Positions 49,006 through 58,457 of a DNA stretch of 64,000 nucleotides are shown one piece after another. Source of the stretch: Minisyncoccota bacterium (lineage in GTDB: Bacteria; Patescibacteriota; Minisyncoccia; Phycocordibacterales; UBA918); contig JAWKSP010000001.1 in NCBI GenBank assembly GCA_041389025.1, positions 192,002-256,001 on the forward strand, read 5' to 3'. A model generated the notes under the pieces. That model was not told the DNA's origin. It did no database searches and saw only the letters and a list, made by a program, of their open reading frames with translations. Position 1 is the stretch's first letter, and each line of letters opens with the position of its first letter. The translations under genes and the position numbers were made by a program.

Positions 49006-51114
49006 TTAATTATTTTGCTTTACGAAGTCTGGTGCGATCTGTTTTATTGATAAACCAATCTTTCCGTCTTCTATCTTGCTTACTATTACCGGTACCTTGT
49101 CACCAACTTTTAATACTCCCTCTAATTTTTCTAATCTAAATGGTGCAACTTCAGATATATGTATCAAACCTTCATTATAATCATCTAGTCTGGCAAAAGC
49201 TCCAAAAGTAGCGATTTTAGTAATGACTGCTTCAGTTTTCTCTCCTATCTCGTAACGCTTAGTAAGGGCTTTTATTTTTTCACTGGCAACTTTGGTGGTA
49301 CCATTTTTACCGGTAATAAAGACAGTGCCATCATCTTCAATATTTATTTCTTCTACTGCCGATTCATCTTTAATGGCATTAATAGTCTTTCCTCCTGAAC
49401 CAATTACCAGTCCGATTTGCTCTGGTAGTATGTTTAGACTGATAACTTCCGGTGCGTTTGGAGATATGTGTGGCCTGTGAGTATCTATAGTTGCTGTCAT
49501 GGTATCTAATATATGTAGGCGAGCCAAACGGGCTTTTTCTAAAGCTTCACCTAATATATGTACGTTGATACCATCAACCTTTACATCCATTTGGATAGCA
49601 GTCACACCTTCTGTGGTGCCGGCCACTTTAAAGTCCATATCACCAAACTCATCTTCCGGTCCTTGAATGTCTGTTAATAACGCATAGTTATTTTCATATA
49701 TCATAACTCCAGAAGCGATACCGGCTACTGGTCTCTTGATTGGTACTCCTCCATCCATCAAAGCTAGAGTAGAAGCGCAAACTGAACCCATTGAACTTGA
49801 GCCGTTACTCGACATGGTTTCAGATACTAAGCGAATAGTGTACGGAAAGATATCTTTATCCGGTACTATTGGCTCGAGAGCTTTTTCAGCTAAGGCACCA
49901 TGTCCAATCATGCGGCGGTTAAAACCACCAACTCGTCCGGTTTCACCAACTGAAAAAGGCGGAAAGTTGTAGTGGTGCATAAAACGTTTTTTTACTTCTC
50001 GTTCTTCCATGGTGTCTATCATCTGAGCGGCGTCTGGTCCACCTAGGGTGAGAGCGGAAAAGATTCGAGTACCACCACGATAAAAAATTCCTGAGCCGTG
50101 AAGAACTGGTGATACACCGCCGGCTTGGGCGTAGAGCTCTCTCACTTCATCCATACTTCTTCCATCTGCTCGCTTACCATTCAGGACAGCTCCTTTGTGT
50201 AACTCAAGGTCGATCATCTCTTCAAAAAAATGACTGGCAATTTTTTCACTAACTACTTCTTCAAGTTCAGTTACTGCTTTTAGAAAATCATTTTTTAATT
50301 CATAGATGTGATCTTTTCCGGCACGACTACTAAAAATTGTATTTTCTAATTGTGTCTTAAAAACTTGATTGTACAAATTTACTAAACTTTCTGGTAATAT
50401 CGGTTTTTCAATTACCCGTTTTTCTTTACCAAGTTTTTCAATAATCTTATTTTGAAATTCTTCCAGTTCTTGGTGAAAAATTGTGGCGGATTTGAGAGCA
50501 GAAATTATTTTGTCTTCACTAATTTCTTTGGCACCGGTTTCGATCATGTTGATCTTTCCTTCTTTACCACAAGCTAAAATTTCAAACTCGAGATCCTCAG
50601 CGTCTCTTTCTTTGTAGGTTGGGTTAATGATGAAGTTGTCGTTACTCGCAACTTTAGCAATACGAATTGCACCGACTGGTCCTTGCCATGGGATATTGGA
50701 AACACCAAGTGCTAACGATGCACCAATTACTCCAAGTACATCCGGATCATCCTCACCCATAGCGAGCACAGTTACTACTACCTGCACGTCAGTTTTTAAA
50801 TGGGAAGGAAAAAGTGGACGGATAGTGCGGTCGACGATTCTGGCAGACAAAATTGCTTCGTCACTTGGCCTGCCTTCACGACGCATAAAACGACTACCAA
50901 GGATCTGACCAGCAGCATAAAATTTTTCTTCAAACTCTACTGAAAGTGGAAAGTATGGAAGATCAGTATCTCTACTTCCCATAACTGCTGTTACTAATAC
51001 AACTGTCTGGCCATAAGTCATAATGACTGACCCGTTGGCTTGGGCTGTCATATCATTAAACTCGGCGGTTAAAGTTTTGTCTCCTAGTTTGGTAGTAAAA
51101 GTTTCTTTTTGCAT
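49006..51114 (-). CDS. pnp: Polyribonucleotide nucleotidyltransferase
   Basis: RREGRP, HHYNFPPFSVGE, SNGSSSMGSVC and GDMDFKVAGT motifs; KH and S1 domains. Confidence 0.98.
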   Translation of the reverse strand: MQKETFTTKLGDKTLTAEFNDMTAQANGSVIMTYGQTVVLVTAVMGSRDTDLPYFPLSVEFEEKFYAAGQILGSRFMRREGRPSDEAILSARIVDRTIRPLFPSHLKTDVQVVVTVLAMGEDDPDVLGVIGASLALGVSNIPWQGPVGAIRIAKVASNDNFIINPTYKERDAEDLEFEILACGKEGKINMIETGAKEISEDKIISALKSATIFHQELEEFQNKIIEKLGKEKRVIEKPILPESLVNLYNQVFKTQLENTIFSSRAGKDHIYELKNDFLKAVTELEEVVSEKIASHFFEEMIDLELHKGAVLNGKRADGRSMDEVRELYAQAGGVSPVLHGSGIFYRGGTRIFSALTLGGPDAAQMIDTMEEREVKKRFMHHYNFPPFSVGETGRVGGFNRRMIGHGALAEKALEPIVPDKDIFPYTIRLVSETMSSNGSSSMGSVCASTLALMDGGVPIKRPVAGIASGVMIYENNYALLTDIQGPEDEFGDMDFKVAGTTEGVTAIQMDVKVDGINVHILGEALEKARLARLHILDTMTATIDTHRPHISPNAPEVISLNILPEQIGLVIGSGGKTINAIKDESAVEEINIEDDGTVFITGKNGTTKVASEKIKALTKRYEIGEKTEAVITKIATFGAFARLDDYNEGLIHISEVAPFRLEKLEGVLKVGDKVPVIVSKIEDGKIGLSIKQIAPDFVKQNN

Positions 51115-51136
51115 AAAATATTTTTTTAAAATTTAG

Positions 51137-51193
51137 CAACCTCTTCTGGTTTTAGATTTCAAGTTTTTGAAATCTACTGATCAAAAGAGGTTG
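51137..51193 (-). promoter_or_regulatory. Long imperfect stem-loop in the pnp 5' leader (possible RNase III autoregulation site)
   Basis: caacctctt/aagaggttg plus tagatttcaa/ttgaaatcta; G-U pair favours the minus strand. Confidence 0.55.
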
Positions 51194-51217
51194 TTTCTAA
51201 TAATCATGAGCATAACA

Positions 51218-51253
51218 AAAATGACGGCCGGCACAAGTGCCGGCCGTCATTTT
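51218..51253. terminator. 17-bp perfect inverted repeat after the NYN gene
   Basis: aaaatgacggccggcac-aa-gtgccggccgtcatttt. Confidence 0.8.
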
Positions 51254-51265
51254 CCATATGTATTT

Positions 51266-51844
51266 TTACAAATCCTCTGCACCAACTCTGGTAGTTTTTT
51301 TAGTTCGGCGTCCAGCCGCTTTTTTGCGACGATTGGTTTTGTAGCCGATTAAAAATTCTTGTGGATTCTCATCCATATCAATAAAGTCATCTACTACTTC
51401 TTTTAGACGTGCTGAAGCAGAGCGTCCAAAAGTAATGGCTTCTATCTGACAACCTTGACTTCGTACATATTCAATCATCGGTATGAAGTCTCCATCACCA
51501 CTGGCGATAATTATTGAGTCAACTTTATGAGCAAGTTTGACTGCGTCGATAGCGATACCAACGTCCCAGTCTGCCTTCTTGGCTCCGCCATAAAAAATTT
51601 GTAGATCTTTAGTTTTAATTTCAATTCCTACTTTTTCCAAGGCTTCAAAGAAAGCACTTTCTTCTCCACTTTCGGTATTTACTACATACGACAGAGCACG
51701 AATTAGTTTTCGGTTCCCAAGCGCCGCTTTTACAATTGCGCCGAAGTTAACTTTTGATTTGTATAAATTTTTTGCACTATGGTAAAGGTTTTGAGTATCG
51801 ATCAAGATAGCGACCCGTTGGTCGGGGTGTCTGATTATTCTCAT
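51266..51844 (-). CDS. NYN/LabA/DUF88 PIN-like RNase-domain protein
   Basis: IDTQNLY, KKADWDV...D and SGDGDF motifs. Confidence 0.9.
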   Translation of the reverse strand: MRIIRHPDQRVAILIDTQNLYHSAKNLYKSKVNFGAIVKAALGNRKLIRALSYVVNTESGEESAFFEALEKVGIEIKTKDLQIFYGGAKKADWDVGIAIDAVKLAHKVDSIIIASGDGDFIPMIEYVRSQGCQIEAITFGRSASARLKEVVDDFIDMDENPQEFLIGYKTNRRKKAAGRRTKKTTRVGAEDL

Positions 51845-52007
51845 ATTATTTAGTTTATTAAATTATTAAAATTTATTAAAACAAATTTTAAATCATCAAA
51901 ATTTATTTGATTCTGTCTTATTAAAATACTAAGTGTGTAAAACACACTCACACACACTATAGCTTGAAAAACAAAAATGCTCCAGAGCGGAGCTTTTTGT
52001 TCTTTGG

Positions 52008-52274
52008 TTAGCGTTTCAGTCCTAGATTTTTAAGAGTTGCTTTATAAGCTTTCTCATCTTTTTTCTCTAAGTACTTTAAGTGCTTACGTCGATTGGCTAC
52101 CATTTGTAGTAGACCGCGACGTGAGTGAAAATCTTTCTTGTGCTTGCGTAGGTGTGTAGAAAGCTCTTCAATTTGTCTGGTTAAAAGTGCCACTTGCGCT
52201 TCCGGTGAGCCGGTGTCGGCGTCGTGGCGACGATTACCCTTTAAAACATTTTCCTTTACTCTTTTTGATAACAT
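52008..52274 (-). CDS. rpsO: 30S ribosomal protein S15
   Basis: DTGSPEAQVALLT and HKKDFHSRRGL motifs; true start ATG 52274 (88 aa). Confidence 0.97.
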   Translation of the reverse strand: MLSKRVKENVLKGNRRHDADTGSPEAQVALLTRQIEELSTHLRKHKKDFHSRRGLLQMVANRRKHLKYLEKKDEKAYKATLKNLGLKR

Positions 52275-52456
52275 AAAAATTTGTGAAACGTCTTCCTTAT
52301 ATAGATACAGTGCCTGTTTCGCACCTATAAGGAGTACGCAGTTGATAACCGCGAAGGTTGAAATTACTATAGCATAAAAAAATAATAAAAGCAAGTCACA
52401 ACTAAAGTTCGACGTTTTGTCAAAACAATGTTCAAAAAAGTTGTATACTGTTAGAG

Positions 52457-53374
52457 ATGGATTTAAACCAACTGAAACAACAGTTTTTAGAGTACCTCGA
52501 AATTGAAAGAGGGCGGAGCGTGAAGACGGTCGAAAACTACGATCGCTATTTAAGACGTTTTTTTGATTTCAGTCGAGCCAAAAAGCCAGCCGATATAACT
52601 GAGAAACAGGTGCGAGAATTTCGTTTATACCTAAATCGTCAGTCAGGTACGAAGGTTGGTGGCAAAAAGGAGCCCATGAAACGCAGAACCCAAAATTATT
52701 ATTTGATTGCGCTTAGAGCATTTTTAAAATACTTACGTAAGCAAGGAGTATCGTCTTTGTCTCCGGAGAGAATCGAGCTTGCCAAAATACCGGAACGTTC
52801 ACTCGATTTGATTTCATCTGTGGAACTGTCTCGATTACTAAATGCGCCGGATGTCGGTACGCTCGAAGGAAAAAGAGACCGTGCAATTTTAGAGTTACTC
52901 TTCTCTACCGGATTGCGTATCTCCGAACTCTGCTCCTTGTCGATTGATGATGTTGATTTATCGCGTGATGAATTTTCGGTACGAGGTAAGGGTGACAAAA
53001 TTCGCGTGGTGTTTTTATCGGATGACGCCAAGACAACATTGAAAAAATATTTGTCAGCTCGCAAAGATATGGAGGACGCTCTCTTCATTCGTTACGGAAG
53101 AAAGGCGCATGTCGGTGAAGACGCACGGATCTCTCCGCGAGCGGTACAAAGACTTCTAAAACACTACGCGACCAAGGCTTGTATTGTACGCAAAGTCACC
53201 CCGCATGTTATCCGTCATAGCTTCGCCACCGACCTTCTAAGTAACGGCGCTGACCTTCGCTCCGTACAGGCTCTCCTTGGTCACGCTCACATCGGTACCA
53301 CTCAAATCTACACCCACGTCACTGATGCTCACCTTAGAGCGGTTCACAAAAAATTCCACTCGAAGCGAAAATAA
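52457..53374 (+). CDS. XerC/XerD-family tyrosine recombinase
   Basis: TGLRISE (R), GKGDK, HVIRHSFAT (H-x-x-R) and LGH...TTQIY catalytic residues. Confidence 0.93.
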   Translation: MDLNQLKQQFLEYLEIERGRSVKTVENYDRYLRRFFDFSRAKKPADITEKQVREFRLYLNRQSGTKVGGKKEPMKRRTQNYYLIALRAFLKYLRKQGVSSLSPERIELAKIPERSLDLISSVELSRLLNAPDVGTLEGKRDRAILELLFSTGLRISELCSLSIDDVDLSRDEFSVRGKGDKIRVVFLSDDAKTTLKKYLSARKDMEDALFIRYGRKAHVGEDARISPRAVQRLLKHYATKACIVRKVTPHVIRHSFATDLLSNGADLRSVQALLGHAHIGTTQIYTHVTDAHLRAVHKKFHSKRK

Positions 53375-53437
53375 AATTTCAGTATACAAAAAAATAAAAG
53401 AGCCAAAATATTTATGATGGCTCTCTTTATTTAATTA

Positions 53438-53650
53438 TTATTCAAAATTATCAATTTCCTTCATCAGGAATAATTTAGGATCTGTCGAACCGGGACCTAG
53501 AAGTTGACAGGAAAATATTCTTTCATCATTGTATACTCGTAATACTTTGTATTCATGCGCTTTTATGATATGGCATGAACTTAAATCTGCTTTGAAAGTT
53601 TTTTTACATTTAATCACTTGTCCATTTTTCAATTCGCCAAATGACGTCAT
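53438..53650 (-). CDS. Small hypothetical protein
   Basis: 70 aa from ATG 53650 with AAGGAG 6 nt upstream. Confidence 0.45.
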   Translation of the reverse strand: MTSFGELKNGQVIKCKKTFKADLSSCHIIKAHEYKVLRVYNDERIFSCQLLGPGSTDPKLFLMKEIDNFE

Positions 53651-53770
53651 AAGTATCTCCTTTATCAGACTAAATTTAAATAGAAAATGGGTAACAAACT
53701 TTCTATATTTAATCATAAAATTAATATATGTCAATCCCTACGTTGACTCACATGAATTAAAGCTGCGTGT

Positions 53771-54645
53771 TCAAACTACTCCCATCAACACCACCGCCAA
53801 AATAGAAAGTACAATCGCCACCACTTTTCTGGTGTTCCAGTGTTCATTATAAAAAATAATTGAGAGGACGATTGGGATAATAATGTAGAGCGAGGTGATG
53901 GTGTAGACGATGGCGAGCGATCCACTGTAAGCAAATGAAAGTATTAAAGTAGAGAAGCTTATCATCTGCACAAATCCACTAATAAAAACTAGTTTTATTA
54001 AATCACTATTTAAAGACATTGTTTTAGTGTCCTTGATAACCCCTCTACTTTTGTGAAAAAATATGCTAGCTAAAGCTAATATAATATTAGCAATACCGGC
54101 AAAGAAAAGTACTGCTGAAAATAAGTCGGTGACTAATTTATAAATAACTGCTCCGACACCGGATAATAGCGCACTTAAGGTGATAAGGAGTACACCTTGC
54201 TTTAGATTTTGTTGTCTGCCATTTTCTGTTTGATTGATTAATAATAAAGGAATCAGGACTCCAAGAATTATTCCAATAAATTCTATTGTGGTTAAATTTT
54301 CTTTAAATAAAATTACTCCGAAAAGTAACACAAAAAGCGGGCTAAAAAATTTATGTATAGGCAAAGCAATAGTGGTATCTATATATCGAAAAGAGTCCAT
54401 ACGCAAATTTGTTGAAAATAAATATATGATTCCAGCCGCTAAAGCTAATCCAATCATCAGTCAAGATATTTCATCATAGCCTTCAACAAAGCTGGCTAAG
54501 AGTAACGTACTTATGCCGGCTACTCCGGAACTAAGACCATTTAGTAAGTTCGAGTTGTATTTTCTCATTACTCCAACTTTTTGTATAAAAACTAATAGTC
54601 CGGAAAAATAAGTGACACTACTGCTAAGATAAACCAAGTTTCCAT
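53771..54645 (-). pseudogene. EamA/DMT-family transporter, disrupted (frameshift plus in-frame TGA)
   Basis: METWFILAVVSLIF, a 1-nt shift in the T-run at 54604-8, SGLLVF...YDEIS, TGA (54461-3), then in-frame LMIGLALAA...; ~292 codons when repaired. Confidence 0.75.
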
Positions 54646-54700
54646 GATGGCGAGAGTATAGCATTTTTAGGATTTTGATATACATATATATGTATGGCAT

Positions 54701-54725
54701 TGCCCCGCGCCGTAGGCGCGGGGCA
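54701..54725. repeat. GC-rich REP-like palindrome
   Basis: tgccccgcgcc-gta-ggcgcggggca; no U-tract. Confidence 0.75.
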
Positions 54726-54817
54726 GACTTTTAGATGTCTCACTAAACTCTGGGGATAAAAACTGCTGTCTATTTTTTATCGGTGTTTCATACTAAGAGC
54801 ATAATTAAATATTTTGT

Positions 54818-57385
54818 ATGACTTTTATATTAATCATTTTATTATTCTTTCTATTTTTATCATATTTAAAATTACGTAATCGGGTAGATGTCTTGGAAGA
54901 TAAAATCAGACAGGAACAAAACCTAGTTAGTCAAAAGAAAGTGGAGTTTGATCCAAAGTCTGTAACTATAAAAGATAATGATTCTAGTAAAGTAGTTAAC
55001 TTAAACCAAAACAATGGTTATGAGGTATTAGAAAAGTCTACACTTAATATTGCGGATAAAGCCCCTACTGTACCAAGATCAGGTACAAGTTTTGTTCCGC
55101 AAGTCTCTGTTGTAAAAACAAAAGAAAAGGATTTCTTCTTAGTACGTTGGTTTGCCGATCATACTTTAATTAAAATCGGTAGCATCATAATATTTTTAGG
55201 AGCAATTTACTTGGTAAGTTTTGCGGTGACTTCAAAATTAATACCGCCGTCGGTTTTGGTTTCAATTGGTATTCTTTTGGGAGTTTTGTCATATGTGGTA
55301 GCTGCTTTTCGGTCATTTGTTTCAAGGACTCAGTATGTTACTTTAACTGCACTTGGTACCGGTATTGTTTCAGCTTCTTTATTTACAGCAAACATAATTT
55401 TACCTACTTTTACTTCTTGGTTGATGTTACTGCTTTTGGCTTTAAGTTTTTCTTATACGACTTATGTAGCATGGCAAACCAGAGTCACTTGGTTGGCGAT
55501 TGCTACTGGAGTAGCTGGGTTATCGGTGCCACTTTTAGTAGAAGCCGTTACTGATCCGGTCTGGCTTATGCTGTATCTTGTAGTGCTTATGGTTGGAGTG
55601 TTATTTGTTAGTTATCAGTTAGAACTCCGACCGGTGACTTTACTTATGGTGTTAGGGACTGGTTTTTATCACCTATCATTACTTAATGACGTGACAGCAC
55701 AATTGTTATGGTTTTTTGTGGTGATTTCTTCGCTGATATCTTTAGTGGCGGTAACTCTAAGTTTTATCAAAACCAAAAAACCTCATACTCTAGATGTAAT
55801 GAGTTTAGCGTCTAGCGGTATACTGTTTGTTGTTTTTGCTTCAGAGATTGCGCTTAGTGCCGGTTTGGCAACTTTTATAGCAACGATTATTTTAGGTAGT
55901 TTAGCTTACTGGTTTTCTGTTAGGAATTTTCCTTTGTCGGTAGTGTCAGTTTATATTGGTTTTGCGGTGGTTGGACTTTTACTTTCAACCAGCTTCACCT
56001 TTTCCGGTTTTACTGAAGCTTTGGCTTACACGATAGAAATTACCACCGTCTTCTTTTTGGCTACTTATCTCGGCTTCCCTTTTTCAGTCATAAGGTTGAT
56101 TGCTTTAGCTTATTTTGTTCCAGTATTTGCTTCCTTTGAACATTTCTATGCTCGTTCTTGGCAAGATGGAGTATTTCATGCTGATGGCTTGGTGCTTTAT
56201 GCGGTAGGGCTTTCATTGATTGGCGGTTCACTTTGGTTGATCCATAAGGAGGCTGTTAAAGTTTATTCATGGAGCCAGCCTTTGGCTGAAGTTTTGGGGA
56301 CGGTCGGTTTTATTTATACAATGGCAGTGACAGCTCGGATAACCAGTTCTATTTTTTATGGTGATGCAACTTGGGTGATGATGTACGTAGCTTGGGCGTT
56401 AATGTCTTTGCTTTTGATTTATTACGCGGTAAAAGTCCCTTTATCTTGTAAAGCTTTGAAAATATCTGTTCTTACACTGATACCACCGATATTAGTTAGT
56501 TTCGGATCTTTACTTTCTCCGGCTTGGTACTCAGGTTTGGATCATGTTCATGGTTTTGGCTTCATATCTATGATTACGGTTTTCTTTCTTGTGATATTGC
56601 TTTTGATTTGGATTTATCGTCGTGAATACAACCAATCGCTCAGGCAGGTGTTAGGCCTTTCAATTATTGTTTCGATTTTATACTTATTTGTAGCTCTAGG
56701 TTTGATTTTTGATCGATTACTTGAAGAAAACTTTTCAATAATTGCTACTTATACTAGTTATATGTTTATTCTCTACGGACTTATTTCTATTTTGACAATG
56801 TTTAAGTCTAATATAACTTGGCTTAAGTGGTCTCTCTTGGCTTTGGTTTGGCCACTTTTTATTTCCTTTAGTTCATTTGACTTTTCCGGTTGGGATAAAA
56901 ATGAGTCTGTAAATGCAGTTGGACTCTTCATTGTTATGGTGCTTTTGACACTAATCGCAATTAAGATTAGGTATTGTTATCGTGAGGTTGAAGAAGAAAA
57001 GAAAAAACAAATATTTAGTTGGACTAAAATTTTATTCACCACAACTTTTGTATTTGCAGTCGGTTATCTATGGTCAGTTTCTCACTCCCTACTAGCAGAT
57101 GATAAGGCCGTGACTTTATCATTATTTATCTATACCATTATTGGACTTTCTTTGTATTTATATGGTGGCAAAGACAGAAAGGAAGACTGGCGATACGGCG
57201 GAGTAGCCCTTTTGGTGTTTGTAGTCTTGCGACTAATATTGATTGATGTCTGGGAGATGGAATTATTATGGCGGGTGGTAACTTTCTTAGGAGTCGGTGT
57301 TCTTTTTGTAATGACAGCTTTGTTTGAAAAACAAAACACTAAAATAGAAATGGTAAAAGATACGACGGTCGACGATACCAAATAA
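54818..57385 (+). CDS. DUF2339-like large polytopic membrane protein
   Basis: N-terminal TM plus linker, KIGSIIIFLG, >20 TMs, C-terminal LRLILIDVW...RVVTFLGVG. Confidence 0.8.
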   Translation: MTFILIILLFFLFLSYLKLRNRVDVLEDKIRQEQNLVSQKKVEFDPKSVTIKDNDSSKVVNLNQNNGYEVLEKSTLNIADKAPTVPRSGTSFVPQVSVVKTKEKDFFLVRWFADHTLIKIGSIIIFLGAIYLVSFAVTSKLIPPSVLVSIGILLGVLSYVVAAFRSFVSRTQYVTLTALGTGIVSASLFTANIILPTFTSWLMLLLLALSFSYTTYVAWQTRVTWLAIATGVAGLSVPLLVEAVTDPVWLMLYLVVLMVGVLFVSYQLELRPVTLLMVLGTGFYHLSLLNDVTAQLLWFFVVISSLISLVAVTLSFIKTKKPHTLDVMSLASSGILFVVFASEIALSAGLATFIATIILGSLAYWFSVRNFPLSVVSVYIGFAVVGLLLSTSFTFSGFTEALAYTIEITTVFFLATYLGFPFSVIRLIALAYFVPVFASFEHFYARSWQDGVFHADGLVLYAVGLSLIGGSLWLIHKEAVKVYSWSQPLAEVLGTVGFIYTMAVTARITSSIFYGDATWVMMYVAWALMSLLLIYYAVKVPLSCKALKISVLTLIPPILVSFGSLLSPAWYSGLDHVHGFGFISMITVFFLVILLLIWIYRREYNQSLRQVLGLSIIVSILYLFVALGLIFDRLLEENFSIIATYTSYMFILYGLISILTMFKSNITWLKWSLLALVWPLFISFSSFDFSGWDKNESVNAVGLFIVMVLLTLIAIKIRYCYREVEEEKKKQIFSWTKILFTTTFVFAVGYLWSVSHSLLADDKAVTLSLFIYTIIGLSLYLYGGKDRKEDWRYGGVALLVFVVLRLILIDVWEMELLWRVVTFLGVGVLFVMTALFEKQNTKIEMVKDTTVDDTK

Positions 57386-57393
57386 AAAAGTAA

Positions 57394-57434
57394 AAAACAA
57401 AAGCCCTGCGCCTACGGCGCAGGGCTTTTGTTTT
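57394..57434. terminator. 19-bp perfect inverted repeat, related to the 54701 palindrome
   Basis: aaaacaaaagccctgcgcc-tac-ggcgcagggcttttgtttt. Confidence 0.85.
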
Positions 57435-57553
57435 CCTTGCAATATTTATAATTTAGTATATAAATTTCAATAGTAGTACACGTTGTAGTTTCTATTATTA
57501 AGATTTTCTTAATAAGTTAGAAATCACTTTCTTTTCTTTAAAAGGAGAAACTC

Positions 57554-58390
57554 ATGAGTAGTTTAACTGAAGCAATAGAAGGAAAAACTAAAATCATTAC
57601 ACCATTTAAAAACGTTTCGAATATTGGTGTTGTTACAGCAAAAGATGACATTACCGCTGGTGATGGGGCAAAACATGACATAATGTCAGGTAAAGCAAAA
57701 TTAGCTACTCGCACCACTTGTAATGTTTTTGATTTTTTACACAAAGGTAAAATACCTTTGGCTTATATTGGTAGAGATACTCCAACCACCTTTTTAACTT
57801 GGGTTTGCAGTATGATACCAATTGAGGTGGTGGTGAGATTTGTGGCTACTGGTTCTTATTTAAAACGTAATCCGGATATTACAGATGGAACAGTTTTTGA
57901 TGAACCGGTGGTTGAGTTTTTTTACAAAACTAACGGTCAAAAGTTTGGTAATCAAGGTATAGGGTGTGATGACCCTCTGATGGTGATTAATGATAAAGGA
58001 GATAATTTTAATCTTTATTACCCGCATAAACCAATTGATCATAATGGTTATGTTGCCAACTCTTCGTCGGTATATAGTTCATCTGAGACTGGGTCATTGA
58101 CATCAAAATTGATCATATGTCGTAAGCTTGCTCTGAGTGCAACTTCGTGTTTAGATGTTGCTTGGCAATTCTTGGGTGGAGAGTTGTATGATTTAAAATT
58201 TGAGTTCGGTATACGTCCCGACGGTGACCAAATTGTTTTGGCGGACGTTGTAGATTGTGATAGTTGGCGAGTTATGTGGAATGGTATTCAGTTATCCAAA
58301 CAGCCGTACAGGGATGGAGTTGAGGTCGAAGAGATCTTAGATATTTATCGTTTGGCAGCCTCTTTAACTGACCGGTTTACGATACTGTAG
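57554..58390 (+). CDS. purC: SAICAR synthetase (PurC/PAICS-type domain)
   Basis: EGKTK, KDDITAGDG, MIPIEVVVR..ATGSYLKR, DLKFEFG, DSWR and LSKQPYRD motifs. Confidence 0.88.
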   Translation: MSSLTEAIEGKTKIITPFKNVSNIGVVTAKDDITAGDGAKHDIMSGKAKLATRTTCNVFDFLHKGKIPLAYIGRDTPTTFLTWVCSMIPIEVVVRFVATGSYLKRNPDITDGTVFDEPVVEFFYKTNGQKFGNQGIGCDDPLMVINDKGDNFNLYYPHKPIDHNGYVANSSSVYSSSETGSLTSKLIICRKLALSATSCLDVAWQFLGGELYDLKFEFGIRPDGDQIVLADVVDCDSWRVMWNGIQLSKQPYRDGVEVEEILDIYRLAASLTDRFTIL

Positions 58391-58404
58391 CTCGAGTCGT
58401 TTAT

Positions 58405-58441
58405 ATAAAACCCCCGACACTAATGCAGTGTCGGGGTTTTA
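58405..58441. terminator. Bidirectional terminator between purC and the M14 peptidase
   Basis: taaaacccccgacact-aatgc-agtgtcggggtttta. Confidence 0.8.
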
Positions 58442-58457
58442 TTTATATTTATTTAGT

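Noticed and set aside
51942-51957. Short (AC)n-like run between rpsO and the NYN gene
   Set aside because: Too short and interrupted to support a phase-variation claim.
52275-52394. N-terminal extension of S15 in the ORF track
   Set aside because: S15 homology starts at ATG 52274; the upstream region holds the promoter and a structured leader.
52457-53374. Tyrosine recombinase as the integrase of an ICE or integron carrying the T4SS genes
   Set aside because: It has Xer-like length and motifs with no obvious IntI insertion, lies 12 kb from the cluster with core genes between, and no att repeats were seen.
54461-54463. In-frame TGA as evidence for UGA recoding (code 25 or 4)
   Set aside because: Conserved genes in the window are uninterrupted under code 11, and TGA ends genes such as tsaE and holA at the expected places.
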